Source: Kofleriaceae bacterium (GTDB lineage: Bacteria; Myxococcota_A; Polyangia; Haliangiales; Haliangiaceae). From it: a DNA stretch of 64,000 nucleotides. The position numbers and the translations under genes are program-made. The notes beneath the pieces were generated by a model that worked only from the letters and a program-made list of their open reading frames with translations, ran no database searches and was not told the DNA's origin. Each line of letters begins with the position of its first letter. Position 1 is the first letter of the stretch. Positions 1 through 8,655 of this stretch are shown here, in pieces. Where the stretch lies: the NCBI GenBank assembly GCA_046597055.1, contig JBKJLC010000084.1:1-64000 (forward strand), given 5' to 3'.

Positions 1-186
1 GCGCGCGCCGAGGGCAACACGACCTACCGGCTGGTCCGTCAGGTCACCGATGACGGCCGCGAGGAGGTCATCGTCAGCGGCCGGCGCGCGGTCGGGGTCG
101 GCGCCACCGCGGCGACGCCGGCGCCAGCCGGGGACGACGTGCCCGACCTCGAGGACGAGCCAGCCGTCGACGACGCGGTCGCCTGA
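1..186 (+). CDS. 3' end of an unknown protein, truncated by the window edge
   Basis: Frame 1 is open from base 1 (ARAEGNTTYRLVRQVTDDGREEVIVSG...DDAVA) to TGA at 184-186, with GC3-rich codons. Confidence 0.6.
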   Translation, partial: ARAEGNTTYRLVRQVTDDGREEVIVSGRRAVGVGATAATPAPAGDDVPDLEDEPAVDDAVA

Positions 187-210
187 CCGGCCCGGTGGGC
201 GCGCCGATGC

Positions 211-945
211 TCACGCGGCGCGGGCGCCCAGCGCGCTCGCCAGCGCCCGCAGGAGCGCGCCGCCGTCGCCGTGCCAGGCCGCGCCGTGCATGCACGCCAG
301 CGTGGTCGCGCCCAGCTCCGCCAGCCGCTCGAGCGGCCCGGCGGCCCGGGTCGTATACGAGTAGTAGTCCATCGCGGCCCGGAAGGCCTCGCTGGGGCCG
401 AGGATGTCGCGCTCGGTGACCGGCGGGTGCTCGGCGCCCGGCTGGGTGAACAGGTCGCCGCAGAACAGGGTGCGCGTCGACGACTCCCACAAGAAGCCGT
501 TGTCCCAGCCGTGCGGCACGTGAGGCGCGTCGACCCACGTGATCGTGCGCTGGCCGAGCGAGACCGACTCTCCATCGGCAAGCGCCCGCGGCGGCCGGTC
601 AGCCAGATCCTCGACCGACACCATCGCAGCGACCTGGCCACACAGCGGCCGGGCCGCAGGCGAACCGGCGAGCAGCTCGTTGAGCCCGCCGCACTCGTCG
701 GCCTCGACGTGCGCGAACCCGATCCAGCGCAGCCGCTCGGGCGGCAGCACCGCCGCGATCGCCTCGCGCACCAGTGGCGCCATCCGTCGCGGCCCGGTGT
801 GGAACAGCAGCGGCTCGTCGTCGACCACCAGGTACTGGTTGAAGCTGAAACCACCCGGCACCGCGGCGACCGGCGTGTGGATGCGATAGATGCCGTCGGC
901 GATCTCGTCGATGCGGGTACCGGCGCTGGAATTGGTGACGGTCAT
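211..945 (-). CDS. MBL-fold metallo-hydrolase, FprA/ODP-like diiron domain without flavodoxin domain
   Basis: FNQYLV, FHTG, HVEADECGG, PHVPHGWD, LFCGDLF and ACMHG motifs; GGGAGG upstream of ATG. Confidence 0.85.
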   Translation of the reverse strand: MTVTNSSAGTRIDEIADGIYRIHTPVAAVPGGFSFNQYLVVDDEPLLFHTGPRRMAPLVREAIAAVLPPERLRWIGFAHVEADECGGLNELLAGSPAARPLCGQVAAMVSVEDLADRPPRALADGESVSLGQRTITWVDAPHVPHGWDNGFLWESSTRTLFCGDLFTQPGAEHPPVTERDILGPSEAFRAAMDYYSYTTRAAGPLERLAELGATTLACMHGAAWHGDGGALLRALASALGARAA

Positions 946-998
946 CGGGGCCTCCCAGCCCGGGTGTACCGGGCGGGCCGCCGGACCGCCAGCCCCGG

Positions 999-2726
999 TC
1001 AGGGGTTCATCTCGTACGCGCCCTTGAGCGCGTGCACGTGGTCCGTCCAGATGTGCAGGTAGCGGCGCTCGTCGAAGACCGGCTTCTGGATGAGGCGCAG
1101 GCAGCAGGCCATCTGCGCCGGGGTGCTGCTCGGCTTGGCGTGGAGCTGGGTCGCGAACTTGGCGAAGTCGCGGACCAGGAAGTCGAAGATCTGGTCGACC
1201 AGGTCGGCCTCGATCCCGTAGATCTTGGCGTTCTCGGCGACCAGCTGGGCGTAGACGACCAGCGTGAACATCTCGCCGAGGGTCATCAGGAAGTCGAGGT
1301 CCTTGCGCTGGGCCTCGTCGGGGGTCGCGGTGGCGAGCAGCTCCTTCAGGATCGCGATCTGGCCGCGAAACACCTGCACGTTGGGCAGGTCGAAGGCGGC
1401 GAACGCCGGGTCATAGGCGTGAAACTGGATCTTGCCGAGCCCGCTGGCGCCGCCCTGATCGAACAGGAACGCGTCGTGGACCGCGTCGTCGCGGCGCGGC
1501 ACCGGCGGGTAGCTGCCCGCGTTGAAGAAGTAGTTCGGCATGAACTTCACGATCAGCGCGATGTTCACGTGGACGGTGCCCTCCAGCTTGGGCAGCGCGC
1601 GGATGTCGCGGGCCGCCATCTCGAAGAACATGTCCTTCTCGAAGCCCTTCGCGGCGATCACGTCCCACAGGAGGTTGATGACCTCCTCGCCCTGGGTGGT
1701 GACCTTCATCTTCATCACCGGATTGAACAGCAGGTAGCGGCGGTCGTCGGGCGACGCGGTCCGCATGTAGTCGGCGGCGCGCAGCGCGAACAGCTTCATC
1801 GCCACCAGCCGTGCGTAGGCGTCGGTGAACATCTGCTTCACGTGCGGAAAGTCCGTCACGTACATGTCGTAGAGGCGCCGGTTGGCGGCGTGGTTGATCG
1901 CCTCGTAGAGGGCATGCGTGCACATGCCGATCGACGCCCAGCCCAGGTTGTACTTGCCGATGTTGACGGTGTTGAGCGCGGAGTTCCAGGCCTGCTTGCC
2001 GCGCGACAGGATGTCGGCCTCGGCGACCGGATAGCTCTCGAGCGCGTACTCGGCGACGTACGACTGGCTGGCGACGACGTTCTTCACCAGCCGGTACTGC
2101 GGGTGCTGGGTGTCGACCGCGAAGAAGACGTAGTCGTCGGGGTCGGCCTTGCCGGCCGCCTGTTCGGGGCTGGCGGCGATCTTGCCGAAGGTCGACAGCA
2201 TCGCAGCCTTGTTGCCGTTGCCGATGTAGTACTTCGACCCGCTGGCGAGGTAGCCACCGCCCTCGGCCGGCGTGAGCACCATGTCGGTCGAGTAGATGTC
2301 GGCGCCGTGAGCGCGCTCCGACAGCCCGAACCCGAAGATGCCGCCGGCGGCGAGGTGCGCGGCCGCCTTCGCCTTCAGTGCCTCGTTGGGGCTCATCCAG
2401 ATCGGCCCGAGGCCGAGGATCGTGACCTGCCACGTGTACCAGTAGCAGAGGCCGTAGAAGCCGAGGATCTCGTTGAGCTCGCAGTTGCGCCACGTGTCCC
2501 AGCGGGCGTCGTCGTCGCCGAGGCCGGCCGGCGTGAGCAGGGTCGCGAACACCTTCTCCCGCTTCACGAACTCGAGGAAGTCGGCGTACCAGGTGCGGGC
2601 GAGGTCGTCCTCCTTGAGCTTCGCCTTGCCCCTCTGCTCGAAGAACTCGATCGTCTTGAGCATGATCTCGCGCGAGCGCGCGTCGGGGTACGGACGATTG
2701 TGCTGGTGAGGATTGAGCAGGATCAT
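999..2726 (-). CDS. acyl-CoA dehydrogenase family protein
   Basis: FGLSERAHGAD, GSKYYIGNG, RDIRALPKLEGT motifs; start MILLNP preceded by AAGGAG; the longer ORF upstream is probably non-coding. Confidence 0.9.
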   Translation of the reverse strand: MILLNPHQHNRPYPDARSREIMLKTIEFFEQRGKAKLKEDDLARTWYADFLEFVKREKVFATLLTPAGLGDDDARWDTWRNCELNEILGFYGLCYWYTWQVTILGLGPIWMSPNEALKAKAAAHLAAGGIFGFGLSERAHGADIYSTDMVLTPAEGGGYLASGSKYYIGNGNKAAMLSTFGKIAASPEQAAGKADPDDYVFFAVDTQHPQYRLVKNVVASQSYVAEYALESYPVAEADILSRGKQAWNSALNTVNIGKYNLGWASIGMCTHALYEAINHAANRRLYDMYVTDFPHVKQMFTDAYARLVAMKLFALRAADYMRTASPDDRRYLLFNPVMKMKVTTQGEEVINLLWDVIAAKGFEKDMFFEMAARDIRALPKLEGTVHVNIALIVKFMPNYFFNAGSYPPVPRRDDAVHDAFLFDQGGASGLGKIQFHAYDPAFAAFDLPNVQVFRGQIAILKELLATATPDEAQRKDLDFLMTLGEMFTLVVYAQLVAENAKIYGIEADLVDQIFDFLVRDFAKFATQLHAKPSSTPAQMACCLRLIQKPVFDERRYLHIWTDHVHALKGAYEMNP

Positions 2727-3094
2727 CGACGGCTCCTTGGGCAGACCGCGCGACCGTTCGCGCGACCGCCCGGGTATCGCATGATTTCCGGGCTCACCAG
2801 CGCGCGCGAGGGGCGCGACTGCGCCGGCAACCGGGCGCGGTCCGCGGCTGTGAACGGTGGTCGGCTCGACGCGCAAGGGGTGCCACCGAGGTCGCTCGAC
2901 GGCCGCGGGCACCGCCGATCTCATCACGTCGGTGACGCGCGTCGCGGCGCGAGCGTCACGTGGAGCGGCCATTGCCGGACTGGCAGTGCGCCTGTCGCCA
3001 TCGACATCCGGGCCTCTTGACTTCACCGGTCGCGCCGGCAGGCAAGTGAGTGGGCGTCGGCGCGCGACTCGCGCGGACCTCGCGAGGTGCAGAC

Positions 3095-3578
3095 ATGGGT
3101 GGACCGGGACCAGGCGCGCGCCTTGGTGCCTACCTGCTCGTGAGCGAGCTGGGCAGCGGCGGGATGGGCAAGGTGTTCCTTGCCGAGCACGCGGCCCTCG
3201 GTCGCAGGGTCGCGATCGCCGCGCTGATGCAGCGTGCGTCGACCGCGCTGCAGGAGGACCAGGTCGCGCGCGCTCGAGCTGTGTGAGGCCGCCCTCGCGC
3301 TTGATCCCAGGAGCGTCATGCCGCTCATGGCATGCATCCTGGCCGCCTGTCGACTCGGCGCGATCGACCGCGCGCGGGGCTACCTGGGCCGGCTGCCGGC
3401 GGATCGCCACCGGCTGCTCGAGCGGCGGTGTCCGGCGCTGGTCGCCCCGCGGCCCACCGCGGAGACCGGGCGCATCGAAGCGCGGCAACGCCTCGCGCCC
3501 GCGGAGTCGCGGGCGACCACCAGGACGGCCGGATCAGCAGCGCAGGACGAAGCCGATCGGCCGCGAGATGATCGATGA
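3095..3578 (+). pseudogene. degenerate Ser/Thr kinase-TPR remnant with internal deletion and frameshift
   Basis: GAGGT SD + ATG, kinase subdomain I-II ([29 protein letters not shown]) runs into a helical segment; TPR-like sequence ([13 protein letters not shown]) continues in another frame after a CG run near 3265-3273. Confidence 0.65.
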
Positions 3579-4795
3579 TGCCGGCGATGGCGCTCGAGCT
3601 CCGAACGATCACCGATGACGAGGTCCCCGGCTTTCGCGAGGCCCTGATGACGGTCTTCGGCGGCGACGCCGAAGACGACGAGGGTGGGGCCGACCGTTTC
3701 CGCGCGCTGGTCGACCCATCGCAAGCGTGGGCCGCGGTCGATGGCGGCCACATCGTCGCCACCGCGGCGACGTTCAACCTGGCGATCGGGATTCCTGGCG
3801 GGACGCTGCCGATCGCCGGGCTGACCATGGTGACGGTGCGGCCGACCCACCGTCGGCGCGGCCTCCTGCGCGAGCTGATCCGCGTTCATCTCGACGACGC
3901 CCGCGGGCGGGGCCTGGCGGTCAGCGGGCTGTGGGCCTCGGAGGCCTCGATCTACGGCCGGTTCGGCTACGGGGTCGCGGCCCACCACGACGAGCTGGCG
4001 GTCGACGCCGCCCAGACGATGACGGTCGCCGGCAACCGCGAGCTCGACCGCATCGAGTGGATCGATGAGGCCGGCGCGCGCGCCGAGCTGCCGGCGATCT
4101 ACGCCGCGGCCACCTCCGACCGGCCGGGGGCCCTGCGCCGCACCGAGCCGTGGTGGCGCGAGCGCCGGTTCCTCGAGGCACCGTTCATGCGCCATGGCGC
4201 CAGCCGGCGCCGTCACGTGATCGCGCGCCGCGGCGCCGAGGCAGTCGGCTATCTCGGGTACCGCCAGCGCGGCGAGTTCGAGCAGGGGCTGCCCACCGGC
4301 AAGACCGAGATCAACGAGCTGATCGCGCTCGACCCGCGGGCCGAGGCCACGCTGTGGCGGTTCGCGCTCGGCATGGACCTGTTCCCGAGCGTGTCGTGGT
4401 GGTGCGCACCGACCGACTCGACGCTGCCGTGGATCGTCGACAATCCGCGCCGGGTCCGCCGCAGCCGCGTCGACAACCTGTGGCTGCGGATCGACGACGT
4501 CGGCGCGGCGCTCGCCGCCCGCCGCTACGCCGGCGACGGCACCGTGCGGTTCGCGCTCGACGACACCACCTCCTGGGAGCTGGTGGTCGAGGCCGGGGTC
4601 GGCCGCTGTGCGCCGACCGCGCGCGCGCCCGAGCTCCAGCTGGCGCGCACCACCCTGGGCGCCCTGTACCTCGGCAGCACCGCGGCCACCGAGCTCGCGC
4701 GCGCCGACCTGGTCCACGGCGATGCCGCCGCGATCGCCACCGCTGATCGCCTTTTCGGCTGGCCGGTCGCGGCGTGGTGTCCGGAGATCTTCTGA
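3575..4795 (+). CDS. Eis-like GNAT N-acetyltransferase with SCP2-like C-terminus
   Basis: VTVRPTHRRRGLL, LWASEASIYGRFGYG, DNLWLRIDDV and terminal CPEIF, typical of the Eis family. Confidence 0.9.
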   Translation: MMPAMALELRTITDDEVPGFREALMTVFGGDAEDDEGGADRFRALVDPSQAWAAVDGGHIVATAATFNLAIGIPGGTLPIAGLTMVTVRPTHRRRGLLRELIRVHLDDARGRGLAVSGLWASEASIYGRFGYGVAAHHDELAVDAAQTMTVAGNRELDRIEWIDEAGARAELPAIYAAATSDRPGALRRTEPWWRERRFLEAPFMRHGASRRRHVIARRGAEAVGYLGYRQRGEFEQGLPTGKTEINELIALDPRAEATLWRFALGMDLFPSVSWWCAPTDSTLPWIVDNPRRVRRSRVDNLWLRIDDVGAALAARRYAGDGTVRFALDDTTSWELVVEAGVGRCAPTARAPELQLARTTLGALYLGSTAATELARADLVHGDAAAIATADRLFGWPVAAWCPEIF

Positions 4796-4801
4796 CCGCG
4801 G

Positions 4802-5974
4802 CTACTGCGGCCGCGGCCAGTCGTTCCACGGCCGCGGTGGCCGGGCGCCCTCGAGCTGGAGGAACAGCGCGGTCAGCGCCATGCGCTCGTCGGCGGTGAG
4901 CGCCGGCGCGTGGACGTCGAACAGCGCGTCCAGGCTCGGCACCGCGCCGTCGTGACCGTAGGGCGCGGTCTTCATCACGTGGCGCAGCGACGGCGTGCGG
5001 AACCCGCCGATCGCGGCGTCGTCGCGGACTGGCGCGGGGCCCGGCTGGTCGGCAAAGGGCCCGGCCGCGTTGAACACGCTGGCGGCCACGACTCGGGCGC
5101 CGTCAGCGCGGCCAGCGTCCGCGACCGCATCGGGCAGCGACGGCAGCTGGCCGGCGTGGAAGCGACCGTCGGTCAGCATGGGCCCGCCATGACAACCGCT
5201 GCACCCGGCGGTGACGAAGGTGGCCAGGCCGCGCTGGGCGATCGTGGGGACCGCCTGATCGTCGCCGTCGAGGTAGGCGTCGAGCGGGGCATCGCCGGCG
5301 GCGGCGCGGCGCATGTACGCCTCGAGCGCCTTGCCGACGTTGGCGGCGACCAGGTTCACCGCGTGCTGCTGCGCCGCTGGCAGCGTGTCCCAGGTCGGGT
5401 CGCCCGGCTTGCCGCGCGCCGGCAGCACCGAAAGATCGGGCAGGGGCCCGAACACCGCCTGGTACCGCGTGCGCAGGTCGGGGTCGCCGCCGATCCGGTG
5501 CGCGACCTCGAGGCGGGTGAAGTCCATCTCGAGCGGATGCTCGAAGGCGAGCAGGGGCTGCGACCACAGCGAGTCGGCGCGGCCGTCCCACATGAGCACC
5601 GGCAGCCGGGCGGCGTCGAGGATGGTCGGCGCGTTGCGCGCGCCCCGGCCCACGCCGATCGAGACCGGCCCGCGGTCGCGGAACGCCAGCTCGGGCTGGT
5701 GACAGGTGACGCAGCGGACATCACCGGTGCGCGCGAAGCCGGGCGCGAAGAAGATCGTGATGCCGAGCTCGGCGGCGGCCGGGTCGTCGGCGTGGGCGTT
5801 GCCCGGCGACGGCGGCAGGCTCGCCGGCAGCCGCAGCGCGGTCACCGCAGCGCACCCGTCGTCGTCGAGCGCGGCGCACGGGCCGGGGTCGGCGACGTCG
5901 CTGCACGCGGCGGCCGCCAGCGCGGCGGTGGCGACCAGGACGGCGCCCGCGCGGCTCAGCGGCTGGCGTAGCAC
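4802..5974 (-). CDS. diheme cytochrome c peroxidase (bCcP/MauG family), lipoprotein
   Basis: Two heme motifs CVTCH and CSGCH, RNAPTI, MWDGRADSLWSQ, FRTPSLR, APYGHDG; lipobox AAAC; GTG start with GAGGAGG overlapping the upstream gene. Confidence 0.88.
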   Translation of the reverse strand: MLRQPLSRAGAVLVATAALAAAACSDVADPGPCAALDDDGCAAVTALRLPASLPPSPGNAHADDPAAAELGITIFFAPGFARTGDVRCVTCHQPELAFRDRGPVSIGVGRGARNAPTILDAARLPVLMWDGRADSLWSQPLLAFEHPLEMDFTRLEVAHRIGGDPDLRTRYQAVFGPLPDLSVLPARGKPGDPTWDTLPAAQQHAVNLVAANVGKALEAYMRRAAAGDAPLDAYLDGDDQAVPTIAQRGLATFVTAGCSGCHGGPMLTDGRFHAGQLPSLPDAVADAGRADGARVVAASVFNAAGPFADQPGPAPVRDDAAIGGFRTPSLRHVMKTAPYGHDGAVPSLDALFDVHAPALTADERMALTALFLQLEGARPPRPWNDWPRPQ

Positions 5975-7914
5975 TGACCCTCCTCGAAGCCCGCGGGCAG
6001 GGCGGCGTGCTCGCGCACGCCGAAGTTGTCGAAGCTGCGCTGGTCGATGAACGGCAGGTTCTTCAGGTACTGGTACTGCCCGGTCATCACGAAGTCGTTG
6101 CGGAAGAAGCCCGAGCGCTCCGCCGACGAGTGGTAGAGCACGTGGCCCACGCCGATCTCGGCCTCGGCCATGGTCAGGCGGCGATCCGGGAAGTCGTTGC
6201 ACAGCTTCTGCTGGCCGTTGGCGTAGAGCACGACCCGGCCGCGGTTGAAGAAGATGTCGATGCGGGTGCGCTGCTCGATGAACATCTCGTCGTCGAGCAT
6301 CACGCCGTTGATCTGGTGGTTCGCGTCCCAGGTCCGGTACCAGGTGCCCTGGGTCGCCGGCGAGTCGAACTGCTGGTCGGGCGCCTCGATGGTGACGGTG
6401 CGGGTGGTGCCGATGTCGCGCCCCGCGTCGAACCCGGGCACCGCGCGGTTGGTGACCACGCGGATGTCGGTCTCGGCGCGCGGGGTCGCGCCGCCCTCGA
6501 TGTCGTAGTACGAGCCGTTGCGCGGGACCAGCTGCAGGCAGTTCCAGCCGCCGAAGCTGATGGTGCCGCCGTCGGGATCCATGAAGCCCGATCCGTAGAC
6601 GATGGCCTTGTGCTTGGCGAGCGCGCCGTCGGCGGCGAACTCGGGGCCGGTGCCGAGGGTCTGGCCGGGCTCGGCCGCGCCGCAGGCGTGGAAGATCCAG
6701 TAGCGGCGCTGGGTGGCGTTGGTCGGCACCTCGACGGTGACGTGCACGTAGCCGTCGTCGGTCGCCGGCAGCGCGAAGGTCCGCCGCGGGATCATGACGT
6801 TCGAGCCCATGATGTCCTGGCCGCCGTCGGCGAACACCGAGCGCAGCGTGCCGCGCGCCACGTACATCTGGCTGGCGTCCGAGCTGTGGTTGTAGAAGTT
6901 GAGCTTCGACGACTGCGACAGGTTGGTGCCCGACACGTTCGCGTCGGGCGCGACGAGGGTGCCGGCGCCGTTGGCGATCACCTTGCGCGGCTGATCGCTC
7001 GCGTCCGCGAAGTCCTCGAAGAAGTCGCCGGCGGTGAAGCCGGGCGGCAGCGTGGCGGTGCCGGTCGGGGTCACCCGGACCACCGCGCGGGCCAGGACCC
7101 CCGGGGCCCGGGCCGGCGCCGGCAGCCCGATCGCCTTCCACGGCGACTGCCCGCTGGCCGGCGGCACCGCGCCATGCCCGTTGACGATCAGGCTGCCGTA
7201 GTCGGCGCGGATCTCGGCCTCGGTCCGGATCGGGAACGTGGCCGGGCAGGTCTCCCAGCGCACGATCTGGCCGTTGACCAGCGCGTCGCGGACCGGCTGG
7301 CCCTCGTTCACGCAGGTGAGGTCGGTGTGGCGCACGCCCTCGGCGCCCGGGAACGGGCACAGCGCGTCGATCGCCTCGACCACGATGTCGGTGGCCGCGG
7401 TCAGGCCGTCGAGCTGGACGATGCGCAGCACCTCCTTGGTGGTCGGCGGCGTGCGGTAGCCCTCGGGGCTGTTGCAGGGCGGGATGAAGAAGTTGGGGCC
7501 GAAGTCGAGGGCCTCGTGCTCGTCGCACAGGTTGTGCTGGCGCAGCCCCGCGCAGTGGACGATCGCGCCGTCGACCTGGGTGCCGCCGCCGACCGGCCGC
7601 ACGGTGACGCCCGCCGTCAGCGCGTAGACGCGGTAGTCCTGGACGCCCGCGACCACCGGCAGGAACAGGCGCGCGCTGTCGCGGTTCGGCAGGTAGCGGA
7701 TCTCGCCGACCATCGCCGGCGCCGACGGCAGCGAGTCGGGCGGCGTCACCGCCGGCGCGACCACCGACGTGCCCGGCGCGATGTCGCCGGGGGTCGGCAT
7801 GGCGCCTCCATCGGGGACATCGTCGACCGGTTCGCCGCAGGCCACCAGCAGCGTGACGAGGGCGAGGCCGCGCGTGGCGCGCGGAGCGAGGCAGCGGAGG
7901 GAACGAAGGGGCAT
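5956..7914 (-). CDS. unknown 652-aa Cys-containing lipoprotein with probable beta-rich domains
   Basis: Long GC3-biased ORF, lipobox LVAC, overlaps start of the peroxidase gene; no family recognised. Confidence 0.8.
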   Translation of the reverse strand: MPLRSLRCLAPRATRGLALVTLLVACGEPVDDVPDGGAMPTPGDIAPGTSVVAPAVTPPDSLPSAPAMVGEIRYLPNRDSARLFLPVVAGVQDYRVYALTAGVTVRPVGGGTQVDGAIVHCAGLRQHNLCDEHEALDFGPNFFIPPCNSPEGYRTPPTTKEVLRIVQLDGLTAATDIVVEAIDALCPFPGAEGVRHTDLTCVNEGQPVRDALVNGQIVRWETCPATFPIRTEAEIRADYGSLIVNGHGAVPPASGQSPWKAIGLPAPARAPGVLARAVVRVTPTGTATLPPGFTAGDFFEDFADASDQPRKVIANGAGTLVAPDANVSGTNLSQSSKLNFYNHSSDASQMYVARGTLRSVFADGGQDIMGSNVMIPRRTFALPATDDGYVHVTVEVPTNATQRRYWIFHACGAAEPGQTLGTGPEFAADGALAKHKAIVYGSGFMDPDGGTISFGGWNCLQLVPRNGSYYDIEGGATPRAETDIRVVTNRAVPGFDAGRDIGTTRTVTIEAPDQQFDSPATQGTWYRTWDANHQINGVMLDDEMFIEQRTRIDIFFNRGRVVLYANGQQKLCNDFPDRRLTMAEAEIGVGHVLYHSSAERSGFFRNDFVMTGQYQYLKNLPFIDQRSFDNFGVREHAALPAGFEEGQCYASR

Positions 7915-7926
7915 GGCGGTCCCCTG

Positions 7927-7942
7927 TGCAGCGGTCGTGCCG
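7927..7942 (-). promoter_or_regulatory. putative sigma54 -24/-12 promoter
   Basis: Minus strand CGGCAC-GACCG-CTGCA (GG-N10-GC), 13 nt before ATG 7914. Confidence 0.5.
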
Positions 7943-8048
7943 CCGCAGCCCTGCGGGACTGCTTACCCGGGTCGTCCCAGGTGTTGGCTGCCGTCCACAC
8001 CCGGGCGCGACACCCGAGGACCACGAGCCACGCACCGACGTGTGGGCG

Positions 8049-8642
8049 CTACCGGGCGGCGCGCAGCATGCGGACGTCGACCACGGCGGGCCCGGTCGGG
8101 CTGGCGCCACCGCTCGGGTCGGCCGGCGCCTTGCGGAACACCACGCCGACCACCTCGACCTGCTGGCCGCCGAAGCGCGCGACCTCGGCCTCGGGCCGGC
8201 GCGCGTCCTTGTGGTGCACCGGCAGGAGGCTCACCGACGTGCCGTCGGCGAGCTCGAGCGCGACGTGGCCGCCATGGACCGGCGAGAGCCCCGGCTTCAT
8301 GCGCACGTCGCGCTCCACGTAGGTGCCGACCACCCGGGCCTGGGCGCCGTCGTGGGTGATGAGATCGGCGCTGCTGGCGACCGTGGGCAGCGCGTCGCTG
8401 CCGGCCAGCTCCTCGGGGTAGCTCTTCTCGGAGCGCGGCCGCGCGGTCGCGGCGGCGTCGCCGTCCGGCGCGCGGGTCTTGATGGGGGCGGTGGGCCCTG
8501 ATCCCGATGTGGTCATCTCGGTCCTCCTGGGGGCGATCGCCGTGGGCTCCCGGTCGGAAGGCACCTGGGCGGTCTTGCTACCGTTGCATGCCGCCGCGGC
8601 GACGGCGAGCGCCGCCAGCAACCAGGACGATGGGGGGCGCAT
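8049..8642 (-). CDS. lipoprotein, candidate immunity protein (possible OB-like C-terminal domain)
   Basis: MRPPSSWLLAALAVAAAAC lipobox, low-complexity linker, compact beta domain; 13 nt downstream of the DUF4157 gene. Confidence 0.7.
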   Translation of the reverse strand: MRPPSSWLLAALAVAAAACNGSKTAQVPSDREPTAIAPRRTEMTTSGSGPTAPIKTRAPDGDAAATARPRSEKSYPEELAGSDALPTVASSADLITHDGAQARVVGTYVERDVRMKPGLSPVHGGHVALELADGTSVSLLPVHHKDARRPEAEVARFGGQQVEVVGVVFRKAPADPSGGASPTGPAVVDVRMLRAAR

Positions 8643-8655
8643 GCGAGGCGGGCGA

